Below are positions 22,224 through 34,089 of a stretch of DNA of 34,254 bases, one piece after another. The stretch lies in the NCBI GenBank assembly GCA_026025795.1, contig JAPEUG010000172.1, positions 1-34,254 of the forward strand, read 5' to 3'. How positions within the stretch are numbered: the first letter of the stretch is position 1; the number at the start of each line of letters is the position of its first letter. The position numbers and the translations under genes were made by a program. The stretch comes from Thelocarpon superellum (taxonomy: Eukaryota). Below the pieces are notes generated by a model, which was given only the letters and a program-made list of their open reading frames with translations, ran no database searches and was not told the origin of the DNA.

Positions 22224-23834
22224 ATGTCTCCACCGAGAGACGCGGCCCGGTCGCAGGGCGAGGGCAAGGGCGATGAGAGGAACGCACCGCGGTCTTCCAT
22301 CGACCCTCCAACCTCCCCTGCAGTTGCAGCCCGGCCGACCCGTCCACGCGGGCTCCCAACCCGCGCAGCGACGATGCCGGTGAGGGAGGGGCAGCGGCCC
22401 TCGGCCTCCGCCACGACGTCGACGACCAGGAGACCAGTGAGACGAGCGACTGGGGAGGACGCCGCCGCCGCCGCCCCTGCTGTACCGAGCGGAGGTAGAC
22501 CAGCGCAGTCGGTCGTGTAAGATGATCTTGTCCTGACCATTTCGAACCCCAGAGACCCCCAGCTAATGCTTTCCAGGGCTCAGGGGAGTGGGCGTGACGC
22601 CCCGCCACCCTATATCAATCGCAGCGGTGCGATTGTCGAGCCAATACCAGATCCGAGGGGCAAGCGCGTCTACCGGTCCCGACAGGGCATTGGCCGGGTA
22701 GCGACCGGCCGGGCGAAGTTGAGTGAAGAGACGGCAAAGGCCCAGGCCAAGCCGACCGTGGGAGGCGGACAGGTCAAGCGTGGTGCATCGACACCCAAGA
22801 CCTCCTCCGCTGCGCAGGCACGCTCGCTGAGACCCGCCACCTTGCCGTCTAAGACGAAGTCAATGGTAAAGGCCCGGAGTTTGGCCCAGAGCGTCGAAAG
22901 CAGCGTTGTCCGAGACGCAACGCCACGGTCGGTGGCACCTGGGTCCGCGCATGCTGCGGCCCGGGAATACGACGAGCGACGGCGCCTGGAGCAGGGCCTG
23001 ACGGAGGAAGAGCGCGCGGAACGCCGCCGAGCCCGGAACGCCGCACTCTTCGCCGCCCAAGAGGCGGATCGCCGCCGAGCGACCGAGGAGGCGGATCGAA
23101 GGGCCCGCGAGGAGCTTGCAGCCCAGGCGGAGGCTGCACTAACCGCAGCGGCCCCGATCGCGACCGTTGGGGTTGAAGAGGCGGTGGGTGGGGAGGAGAT
23201 GGGGGACGACGACGAAGACGACCCCCTGGCAACCCGGCGGAGATACAGCCACGATGTGGACCGGGAGCCCGCCAAGGCTGAGGACCCAGCCAAGCTCCGC
23301 ATCGTCGTCCGGACCGGGCCCCACACGAGTGAGGAGCACCGCTACCCGGGGACGGTGGACTGGACCAGTGGTGCCTCGATCAAGGCCCTGAATCGTTGGC
23401 GCCAGCAAATTTTCCGGCGGAAGCTCGGGGCGAAGCGGACGTCCTTCGTCCCCTTCGAGGTGGAGGAGAAGGACTTCCTCATCGAGGCCCACCGTCGAGC
23501 CCCCAAGGCCATCGATTGGCAACATCTGGCCGTGGAGTTCAACGCCCGGTTCCACGGCACGATCCTCCCGTCTGCGCCTGGTGTTCCTAGACCGTGGCGG
23601 ACTGAGAACAGCCTAAGTTCTCAGCGGAACCGGATCCCCGAGATCGATGCGCTGCGGCGCACGACGACGAGGCAGGCTGAGAAGGAGGCCAAGGAGCGCA
23701 ACCGGGCCAAGCGACTTGGGCTGGAGGCCGCCACTCGCGAGAGGCAGAGGAAGACCAAGGACGATGGAGCCGCAGACGACAAGGGGAATGAGAAGGGGGA
23801 GGGCTACGATGAAAACGAGACGGAGGAGGAATAG
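22224..23834 (+). CDS. Uncharacterised protein with a charged coiled-coil and a C-terminal Myb/SANT-like domain; exons 22224-22516, 22577-23834; 516 aa
   Basis: Intron GTAAGA(22517)..GCTAAT..CAG(22576) fuses ORFs 22104-22520 and 22566-23834. Domain VDWTSGASIKALNRWRQQIFRR...FEVEEKDFL...IDWQHLAVEFNARF...RPWRTENSLSSQ. Confidence 0.7.
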
Positions 23835-24995
23835 GATGCCCGGGCGGCTGGTCCGTGGCACCTCCGACCGAGCGCGCGTGGCCGACACCAGAGCGCCAAC
23901 CCTTTCATACCCGTTCTCGCCACCTCAACGCAAACGTCTCTCGTGAACGGTATCGAATCGAGAGAGCCCGCTTCCTGAGCAGCAGCCCGGACGAGGTAGC
24001 AACACCTTACATTCCGGAACCAGATTCCCCCCATCCTCTCACACCCGCTCTCGTTAGCCTGACGCATTTCATCTCTTGAGAATGATGTCAAACCGGAGAG
24101 AGGCTGTTTCCTTGGGAGCACCTCCAACGAGACAGTACGAGCCTTCCACTCCTTGGGACCCGGATGTAGCCCGCTTTCTGAGTAGGACCTCCAATCAGAC
24201 AGCAAAACCTGCAGCCCCTTGGGACCGGACTTTCGCGTTCGGCGAGAAGCTTGCTCGATCATTGCAAGGTCTTCTTTCCCTCTCGATCAGATAAGGCGGC
24301 CCCCGTCCTCTCATCCCCACAGCCAGCGACGCAAATACATACTCTCAGGGCAAGGCTTGGTCACGACACGGTTATGGACTTGAGCACGGCGCGGTTGATG
24401 GACTTGATCATGATGCAATTGATAGACAAGATGACGATAATGTAAACATGATGACTGCAACAGATGCTCTCAGCTGTGTGGAACCAGATGGCATCCAGGG
24501 ACAGTTCTTTTTTTCGGCACGTGTATGACTCGGTCAACTTGTTGGCATCGAATCCTGCAACGGTAGAGAGATGAAGGGTGTCCGAGGGGTCAGCGATAAC
24601 AAATCGAGAGAGACCTGCATGACTCCACAGAACCAAGGGCGCCTAGGATGGAAGAAGGAGGGAATGATACTGGTCTCCTTGCACAGCCGAGTAACATGGA
24701 CGTCTTCGTTCTTCGCACTAGACGAGAAGTAAATGAGGCCGTGCTTGCTTCCCCGCGGTACGTGACGGGTCATATGGAGTCCAAAATTTCTTCTGTTCTA
24801 ATCATCCTCTACGTCACTCCCTCCCTACTTTCTTTCCCTTGCCCCCCTCTTCCATCACCCAGAGATAGGTTCCGCCTGCCCCCGGTAGGTAGGCAGTCGC
24901 GTCAAAATGCCGGGCGAGACATGTGAGCCAATGTCTCAGGATGGCGTCATGGCGCCGTTGACTGCGCCAGCCCGAGCAGCAGCAGTTCTCATGAC

Positions 24996-25024
24996 TAGTA
25001 GTAGTAGTGGTAGTAGTAGTAGTA
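24996..25024 (+). repeat. (TAG)n microsatellite, left flank of the transposon
   Basis: tagtagtagtagtggtagtagtagtagta. It resumes as tagtagtagta at 34079-34089. Confidence 0.9.
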
Positions 25025-25730
25025 CCTAGTCGCACCTCTGTGGTTGGCGAACACGGTGTTGATACTGTACCAAGTAGCGGTGGATATGAAGCTAGTATTG
25101 ATACCATATTTGCAGTACATTTGTGGTGTTTCATCATCTAAGAGGGTCGAGACACCCAAGGTATCAAAATAGTTAAGGTGTTGAGAAAGACCTAGTGTCA
25201 ATATGGTGTTGATATTGAAACTGAATTCCCCTGTCTGGTAGGAGTGATAAGGGCTCGAATTTGAGACTGTTTTCAACACATGATGCTGTCTCCAATACCA
25301 CAATACCAGCTTGACTGTGACAGCTGATACTGTCTCAAGAATAAGCCAGACCCAATCTTGTATCTACATTATCCTACAGTGGTCTGTGATACCTGCTTTG
25401 CATTGATACTGGGTTGACACTAGTTCTCTTTTGATAGAGGTGTGATGCTGTATTGATCTAGTATAACACTGTTTTGATATGTTATCTCAATGGCACAGGT
25501 ATGACCTGTAGGTCTTGGGGAGTATCACTCTATTCATCTGCAACATGCATTCCTAATTCAGCATTCAACATGATAGATGAATGTATATCTAAGTAATCAA
25601 AGCAACATGTAAACTGCAAATAGATATAGACTAGATAGCCACTAGCAATGCTCCTGCTTCCTGCAAACTACAGTGTCAATGCCAGTTGTGACTAACCTAG
25701 AGATCTCATGCCCACATGCATACTCTCCAT

Positions 25731-26733
25731 TCATTCCCTGGCCTGGGTCTGCTCACTCTGAGCCTCCTCCTCATCCTCCTTGCCCACCTCCTGATCACCC
25801 TCTTCATCACCCTCTTTGTCGCTGTCCTCCAGGGTAAGCGTGGGGTCGATATTGTCACTATTGACACTATTATCATCACCATTGTTGTAAGTATTTGGAA
25901 ACTGGTGCTTCTTCAGAGGGGGTTTAGTCCCAACAGTGAAGAGTCAGAGGGAGGTGATGGCATGTGCCTTCCTCTTCAGAGTGAGGCTCTTCTCTAGTAA
26001 TCTGACAAAGTTGTCAAGATCACAATCCACAAAGTCCTCAAAGGAACCCATCCTCCAGAAGTAGTGTGAGAGATTGTCCTGGTTGTGTGGGTGCTCAGCT
26101 TGCTTGTACTTGTCAGCAGCCCAATCAAGATGCAGCTTGATCTGTGAGGCATAGTTGGAGAACAGGTCTAATGTGTACATGGTTAGTCAATCACTAGTAT
26201 TGCTACACAGGGAGACAGTGCACTCTTGGTGTAGAATCACGCATATTTGTTCAACATGTCAATGTCAAGAAACCTGTCAATGAAGGGAAACACCCAGATG
26301 AGATTCATAGAAGTGTATTGCTTCTCAAAATATCCAGCCAGTTGCTTCATGTTGTCACAAGCCACAATCATGTTCTTGTTGTTCTTCAGAGAGATGGTGA
26401 TTGAGTTTTTGACAATCTCCTAGAGTTCACAGATTAGCTTGGCCATTCAAAGGTGTGTCCAGGACATTAACATACTGTCATGCCCTCTAGAGATCATGCC
26501 TTCTAGTTCTTAAAATTGGACTGAAGCTTCTTCTTCCCCTCCTGATAAAGGTATCTGTGGGGATCAAGTGCTTCCCTAAATGCCACCTTCAGCAGGGACT
26601 CCTTGTCGACTTGGTGAAAGTAGTGGAAGAACCAGAAACAAGTGTGGTATTCCAGCTTCTTCAAGAGGAGATCATGCACCTGGGCTTGGCGCTCAGCCTC
26701 TGCATCCTCCTTGTCACCTTCTGTGGCTGCCAT
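25731..26733 (-). pseudogene. Transposon accessory gene relic of unknown function, two introns (26475-26420, 26223-26168), acidic C-terminus; 5' end uncertain
   Basis: ORF pieces 26503-26733 and 25944-26180 join in one frame through introns with GCTAAT/ACTAAC branch sites and TAG acceptors, interrupted only by in-frame stops. It ends ...EDSDKEGDEEGDQEVGKEDEEEAQSEQTQARE*. Confidence 0.65.
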
Positions 26734-27759
26734 AGCTCATCCTGGTACTGCACTGAATACAGTCCTAGGCACTCTTGCAGGTGGCTTGTTGACAACACAG
26801 CTCAGCTCTTGGATGTCTAGGGAGGATGCGCTGTTCTGAGATAGTAGGATGCAATGTTGAGACAATGTTGGGATGGTTTGCCCCCCTTTTCTAGCAGTTT
26901 TTGAGTGGGAGGAAGAGGAGGACAGAGAGTTTTGAATGTTTGAAGACTGCTGATTGAAAAAGTGTGGATTTTGAGGAAGTGGGGGCTGAGGAGGGTTGTA
27001 ATCACCCTTGGAGTTGTGGATCGAATCCTGTGTTGGATTGAGTGTCTATGTCAGTTATGTGGTTAGCATCTGCTTTAGCCAGAATCTACATTGTTCAAAA
27101 AGAATATATTGACCTCTTGTGACATTCCTGGAATTGACTGGCCTGCTGAACAGGTGGTAAGAGTAGCAATGGTCGCTTCTGACACATGACCAAGGCTCTG
27201 GGAGAGGCTGATCCTCCCTTGTTCCTGACCTGGCTTTACCCTCTTCCCATGCATGGTGTCTCAACACAGAGAGCAGAGACCAAAGGTCAAGGAGGAGTAG
27301 ATAGAAACGCTCTCCCCAGAATTGGACAATCCCAAAAGGAATACTGTCTTGGTGAGGTGGTGGTATTGTACATAGAATGTATGGTGGGGTGCTGATTGTA
27401 GTGATTATTGGTGTGAAGTTGCTAACCAATCCCTGGAGACTGCGAATCATCAACACTATAGTCAGAGCCTGTGATAATGCTGATCTAGCACAGTAGACAC
27501 AATCTATACTTTGCATGTGCATACACTACATCTGCCTGTCCTCTGGATTTCCTCATGTGCATCCTGAAAATCCTGGCATACATCAAATCCCTGCAAGTGT
27601 ACCTATCTGACATATCTACTGCATCTATGTCAAATCTAGCATTTGCACAATGCTGCAGCTTCCTTGGCACTCTATCTGTATCATGCACTAGTCTTGATCT
27701 ATGTTTCTCTCCTGCTACTGATATGTGTAGTTTGCAAACATTGCTAACATCTGAATAGG

Positions 27760-30700
27760 CACAGTGACTTTGGTCTAGCAAGAGCAATCTGCATCTGTCC
27801 CAGAACACCCCAACTTCTATTTTCGGCCTTCTGAGATTTTCACTTGAATTCACAACACACATCGCTGTGTAGCTCCTGCTGATACAGATTCCTGATGCTG
27901 CAACAGAAGAAGCAGGCGCACCCTGCTGCAATAAGAGAGGCCAACATATTGAACAATGCACAACTCTCCCACCTTTCTGAGCTCTATGCCTAGGAACACC
28001 CCACCTCTCCTCCAGTCCCTCTACCTGCACCTGTGCTTGTTAAGGATACATTTGCAGATGTGCTCCTAGGCTTGAATGTGAACAACACTACCAACAACAT
28101 CCTTGCTGTGTTCTAGGATGTGAATGATGGAGGCAATAATCTCAATGATGTGGAGGAGGATGAAGTACCTAAAGACCATTTGGAACTAGACCCACCTCTT
28201 TCAAGTACCACTCCCAACCCTCTGGATGTGTTGGGTGGTATCCTAGTACAAGACTTCATAACTACAACCTTTGAATCTGAAGTGGTTGATAATGAGGATG
28301 ATGATACCTATAACAATCCCAGCATACTACCCCCCCTTCAGCATTTGTCCAAAGGGCTAGATGCTAATGATGGAGAGGAGGTACCCTATCTCTGTTTATC
28401 TACATCAATGCAAGGGTTCATCTTCTCCCTTGGTCTTTGGTGCAAGACAACACAGCTCTCACACTAGAATTACACTTTGCTTCTTGAAGTACTTGACTTG
28501 GTTTCCAACATTGGCTAGCTTAGGATTCTCTCCTGGTTGCTTGCAACACTGAAACACTAGACCCAGCAGCAACTCCCACTCCTCAAGATGAGGAGAAAGC
28601 AGATTCCTCTCACACTATTGAAGTTACCTACCCAGAGTGCCCTAGAGAAACAGTTGGCACTGACACTATCTGTTAGATGGTTGTACTTCTTTGATCCCCT
28701 CCATCTCTTCCAGACCATCCTCTCCTCTAATGCATATGTGTCACAACTTCATGTTAGGATGGTGCATTTTGTTGACCACCCCTCTGAGCTCTATCATTCC
28801 ATGGCATAGGGCTCATCCATCTGCACATGTTCAGGCAACTTTGCGCATTACAGCACAGACAAGTCACCAATCTTCCCCTCTAATGTTGTCTAGTTCTAGT
28901 GCACTATATCTGGATGCCAATGTTAGAAAAGAGTAGGCCAACCACACACTGGTTGTGTTATCTGTGTTGCACACAACTTTTGTTCCAGCACACACATTCT
29001 AGGCACTATCCTCATCCACTTGCAGCAGCTTGTGTCAGGTGAGACACTCTCTTCATTTTTCGAGACTCTCCCCACTCCAATTACTACACAAGACAGGCAG
29101 GAGGAGATGCTCCTTGGTGAGGATCTAGTGCACAGGATAGAAGAGAAGAATGTGCTAGAGCAGGTACCTAATGTATACTTCGATTACAGCACAAAGGATG
29201 GGTTAGAGACTAGCCAAAATCCAGAGGCGCAAGCAGCAACTGTCATTGTCCAGAAGATCTACAACCACAAGCTTCACAAGATCTGGGACCTTAGTCTCTC
29301 TACCCCCCTTAGGGTGGAACTCGAGATAGCCACCTTTGGCTGCCAGTATCTACTTGACACATGTGTGGTTGACAATGTGCTCACAATGCCTTACATGGCC
29401 TTTGTTGATGGCTTTGGCCTGTACAGAAACATGTACCACAGTTTGATGGGATTCTACATCATCCCTGCTAGTCTGACTGTCTACAAAAGATCCTAGAGGG
29501 CCAATATCATCCCACTCACCCTTGGACTACACAGAAGCAACTTCGAAGACATTGTGTCAGGACTATACTGTCTTCGAGATCTGGACAAAGGAGTAAAGAT
29601 GACTATTAATAGCATGGAGAAAACTGTGTGTGCATTTGTGATAGCGTTTATTAGGGACATGCTACAACAGCAATCCAATTCCAGGTTCCTCTAGCAGCAG
29701 GTGACACAAGGATGTCAGTTGTGCCTAGTAAACAAGAAGTCTCACAGAGACTTGTCATACAACACCCAGTTGCAGAGACAATATCACCATGCCACTATTG
29801 CCCTACACCAGCAAGGAGAGTTGCTTTGCACCAAAGGTAAGAAGAAGCAATTCTACCAGCTCTAGAGTATGCAAGAGATGCTGAGTCCTCTCATGTTGAT
29901 CTCTCCTGCTCTTGATATCATCCAGACACAACTGTCAGATCCAGCCCACTTGGAATTTGCTAGCCTCACAAAGCGATCCCAAGAGCTGCTTTTCACAGCC
30001 ATTCTTACAGCAGCAGCACAGGACATGTATACACTAGAATTGTGTCACTTTCCTTTCCCTCCTAGGTGGAATCGCCTCCAGTCCCTGAAGCTTCATCTAC
30101 ACTGCTGGCAAATGCAGGAGTGTGCACAGGCATCAATCATCACCCCAATGCTTCTGTGATGCTAGCTCAAGGAGAAACATGTCTAGAAAGACTACACAGC
30201 AGCATTACAACATGTCTTTGAACTTGACCAGCTTCAAACCAATGTTGTTGACACAATATCCTAAGTCTTTGCTACCATGGGTTGGAGTAACACAGTCATT
30301 TTAGCCTATCAAATGTCGAATTGGGACCAAACTCAACTCTACCACATTTTGAGCCATGGGCGAGATGGATTCCAGAAGCTGCATGAGGTCACTGCTCTTG
30401 CAACCACCCCTCAATTCTCATCCAACTGCACATTGCAAAGAAGCAGCACAGCCATGTTTTCATCACAGACATTGCATCATTCAAGCCTGTTGAAACAAGC
30501 TCTTCCTGCAGCAGACACCATTTCAGATTACAGGGATGATATCCCTAACAACATGTCTGTTTTTAGCAATGAGAGTACAGCACAGGAGGGGAGAATGTCA
30601 GGCTTGGGCAATGCAGATTTCCAGAAGTACTAGAAGATCATCACTCTCCCAAACATCCATATTGGCCTTTATTATACCAATGTTGCAGACAAGTATGTGA

Positions 30701-31668
30701 CTCCAAATAACTGCAACACACTTAGTGGCAAAGACAAGCATTAGTATCCCTTACCTCCACAGGTAGAATATCAAGATCTGGTGCTAATGTCCTCCTAGGG
30801 GTTTCAAATCAGCCATTGTGCATTTGAATTACCACAATGTGGAAAGGTTCCTGCTTGGAAGAGAAAACTTCTAGCAGACTCTCTGCTTCAGACTACTCAG
30901 GTCCTTCAATCAGACCAAACCCACATTTGCAGAGGCCCTTTGCACTATCTACAAACATTGCCTATCTCTCCTCAACAGTGTCCATCCAAGCACTAACACC
31001 ATCGCTGCTGAGAAGGATGATTTGTGTCTACCTTCACTAGACAATTCTACACATATCAACATCTGTCTTTTCTACTGCATCTATCACAAGTATGTTCTTG
31101 AAGTCCTTTGATTGCCTCTAAGGCTAGACAATCTCAATGTTGGAGACAACTTCCTTGCAATGCTACAAGAGGTGTTCAATGTAGACTACCAGATGCCTCA
31201 CATTCTACATTTCAGACATGGCCAAGTGCAATAGTGCTCGAAGCTGGGGTTCACAAACTTGTCTGCCCTCCCCCTCCTCTTCTCCTTCCTCCTAGTCTGC
31301 ATCTTGCTGACTACTGTAGAACTTTGAGACAGTGTGTCATTTTCTGCAGCAGCGACTTCCTCCAAACCTGCAAGTCCCTAATCTGTTGTGTCAACCACTT
31401 CTTTGCCTATGAGCATCTGCAAGGGATTTAGTGCACATTTGCCCTTGTCACAGAGGTGGAGACAAGGGAGCAGGAGCAGGATGGGGTTTTGAATATCCCA
31501 ATCCAAAGGATTGGGATGAGACAAAGAGTGGTTGGCGTCCTAGGGCTAGGGTTTGAGCATCTCTACATAGTACCAATTGAGAGAGTTGTCTATGACCATT
31601 AGATTAGATTACAGAGAGGTGGCAAGAGTAAGCTTCTCCACTGTGAATGGGACATACAGTTTCTCTAG
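27760..31668 (+). pseudogene. Large DDE transposase pseudogene (CMC/EnSpm-like), many in-frame stops; intron 30744-30798; 5' end approximate
   Basis: Collinear fragments WLYFFDP, PYMAFVDGFGLYRNMYHSLMGFY, RANIIPLTLG, LDKG..VCAFVIAFIRDMLQQQSNS..GCQLC, SDPAHLEFASL, LPNIHIGLYY, LSGKDKH/GFK and terminal LLHCEWDIQFL*. The order matches the D..D..C-x2-C..DxxH..E layout of CMC transposases. Confidence 0.78.
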
Positions 31669-31699
31669 ACTTGTTTTTGAAAGCCAATACAAGTAGCTG

Positions 31700-33610
31700 C
31701 AAATGTTGTACATGTGTCCAGCTAGTCAGATTGTGATGGATCCATCCCTTGTGTGTCTCCTTGCTAGCACTGTGAATTCGCATCCATTGGACACAACTCT
31801 AACCTAATCCAAGTGTTGCCCTAATGCCAGTCCCAATGGTGGGACATATTACTAATCAACAGTGTTGCTACCACCAGATTTTAACCTAATCAACTATCAC
31901 AGATATCAATGTTCACAACTCCACACCACACAGTTGTGGTCCCTTGGTTCAGAGATGGAATCCCACCCCAACAATCAACAATGAGTTCATCGACTTGCCA
32001 AGCTCCTGTTTATCACACCATGCTAATGTCTCTCTGTCACTGCATTGTCTTCAGTGACATTAGAGCACCCTGCAAATGCTCCCATTTGCTTCTTTCCACT
32101 TGTCCTGCCACTCTGTTAACATCTTTGAACATGACTCTACAAGCCAACCTTTGGTAGACTCCTACAGCATCCCTGCACTTGCACTCAGTGTCTCATTATT
32201 ATGAGAATATCTCTGTCCCATTCTGCATCTCCAAACCACAGAACCTGCAATTCCAAACATTTCCACTAGTTGCAAACATTGCCAATACCTGGTGGGGCTT
32301 TATTGCAGCAAGTGTGTGTGCATCATCACCAGAGCACAGTCACTGCGATTTTAGCCAATTTTGAGTGTTTCAAAGGGGGTACCCTACAAAATTGATCAAG
32401 TTTTGAATGGTTCTCTAATCCCCACACAATTTGTTAGTAAATTGAAGAGTGCAATTAATCAGGTGACATAACTGACATGTATACCCACTATACCCTGACC
32501 AATGCATCACAACTACACTAAACTAGGAATCTGTACTAACTGAGGAGTATCAATGCACAGCAGCTGATATTCCACCCTCCCCCCAGCCTGGTCGCACCTC
32601 CCCCACACACCCTACTGCCCTTCGCCACTCCTCCCCAGCCTGTTGATGCTGCTTACAATGTTGTGTAATGTTTTGCACCATGTGCTGGCATTGTGAAACA
32701 CATGGGCAATAGAGACACATGCTGTGTTTCTCCCTGCGCATATGTGTGCTGGTCGCAATGCTAATGATGTTTTCTAGTACTCCTACACTAGGAATTATCA
32801 GTTGTATTGGCCCTGCTGCCCTATGTGCCCAAGTGGCTAGTTGTGTAGTATGTTTCTCTAACAAACAGAGTATCATCTGGCATTGCTATTCACAGGAATC
32901 ATACTCATCCCTAAAGGTCTATTGAATGATGCTGATGGTGAGCAGGATATTGCTAGCATGATTCCAACCTGTCACCATTTATAAAGAGGGGATAATGCAA
33001 ATCAGTCCAGTGAGAACCCCTATTATATTCATCTACACATATGCTTATCAGTATCATCTTCAATAGGAATTTATGCTTACATACATACTCTCCCCTGTAA
33101 TCCTAGGGCAAATTCTGTTGCACCCTTTGCACAATTCCGACCACCACTTTCCCACCATGCCACAGCAGACCTTTCCCAATCACAACTGCTCTTCCTTCCT
33201 ACCTCCTCATACTGAAATGGGGTGTTTGCGAATGTAGAGTTGTGTTGTGAATTCCCAAGCATGTTTTGCTGATGTTGGACAGACACATCCCCCCTCCCAT
33301 GATACATCTGTGCAACATTGTGTGTGACATACTATGTTGAGTTTCGCTGGCAAACATCCTGCACCCCCATTTCTGGTGCTACCATTTGGGGCACATCACA
33401 CTGTAACTGTTGGGGAGAGTTTGGGATCCATGGGGATGCCAAGGAGCAGGTGCAGTGTTGAGTGAGCAGTGCAGTGTTGCACAGTGTCAGAGATAGATCC
33501 TCAGTGTTAGGAATCAAGATTCTGGTTTGTTCAAGTACATCTCTTGAGAAGAGCACAGCATCGCTATTAAAACCATGTCTGATGTGAGCCTGCATTGTCA
33601 CAGAGCCCAT
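31700..33610 (-). pseudogene. Possible third, heavily decayed gene within the transposon; boundaries approximate
   Basis: Chain of minus-strand ORF fragments (33332-33610, 33077-33307, 32550-32876) and a GTATGT(33088)...TAG(33020) intron-like segment. No recognisable motif, and the frame is ambiguous. Confidence 0.3.
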
Positions 33611-34089
33611 TCAGAATGGAAACAGTATTGAGCTCAACACCCTTCCAGGTTTTGAAGAAGTCAGTTGCTAATACAATCTCCATCTTGAGGCCAAGCACAT
33701 AGGTATAGGAGTCAATGCCAGATTGGTGTGGATACTAAAGAACAGTTGTAAAATTGATACTGGCTGATACTACATCAGTTTGGACTCTGTAACACCAGGT
33801 CAAGAGTAATACCAAATAAAACAACTTCATCATTGATACTGTTTCTAGTAGTTGAGAGCAACACAGTTTCATTTTTGATACTTTGAACCTAGGTCGAGGC
33901 TGACACAGAACATTGAGGTCACAAATTTTCAATACCAACTCAACAACACTTAGGCTTCTAATTCGAATTGGTTCTAAGCACAAGTTGATCTAGATATACA
34001 GGATAACACCCTGGTTGCTAAATACAGTGTTGACACAGTATCAATACTGTGTTCACCAAACATACTGGTGCAACTAGGTAGTAGTAGTA

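Larger units (their letters stand above)
25025..34078. mobile_element. Full-length (9054 bp) decayed TIR DNA transposon, CMC/EnSpm (CACTA-Mirage-Chapaev)-like
   Basis: 44-bp TIRs at 25025-25068 and 34035-34078 (36/44 identical, CCTAGT...ACTAGG) with TA on both sides. Subterminal TTGATAC-like repeats, an internal transposase relic, and an abrupt switch to CpG-poor composition at the left boundary. Confidence 0.88.

Noticed and set aside
24995..25303. ORFs with poly-Tyr or poly-Thr runs
   Set aside because: Translations of the (TAG)n microsatellite and the transposon end.
28400..31668. Frequent in-frame TAG stops as stop-codon reassignment or programmed readthrough
   Set aside because: Host genes use TAG as a normal stop (RPS25, MDR, MoaC), and the stops coincide with transition-driven decay.
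25025..34078. Alternative identities: Starship, LTR retroelement, Helitron or CRISPR-like array
   Set aside because: No tyrosine-recombinase captain, reverse transcriptase/integrase or Rep-helicase motifs were seen, and there is no regular repeat-spacer period; TIRs with a TA duplication indicate a cut-and-paste element.
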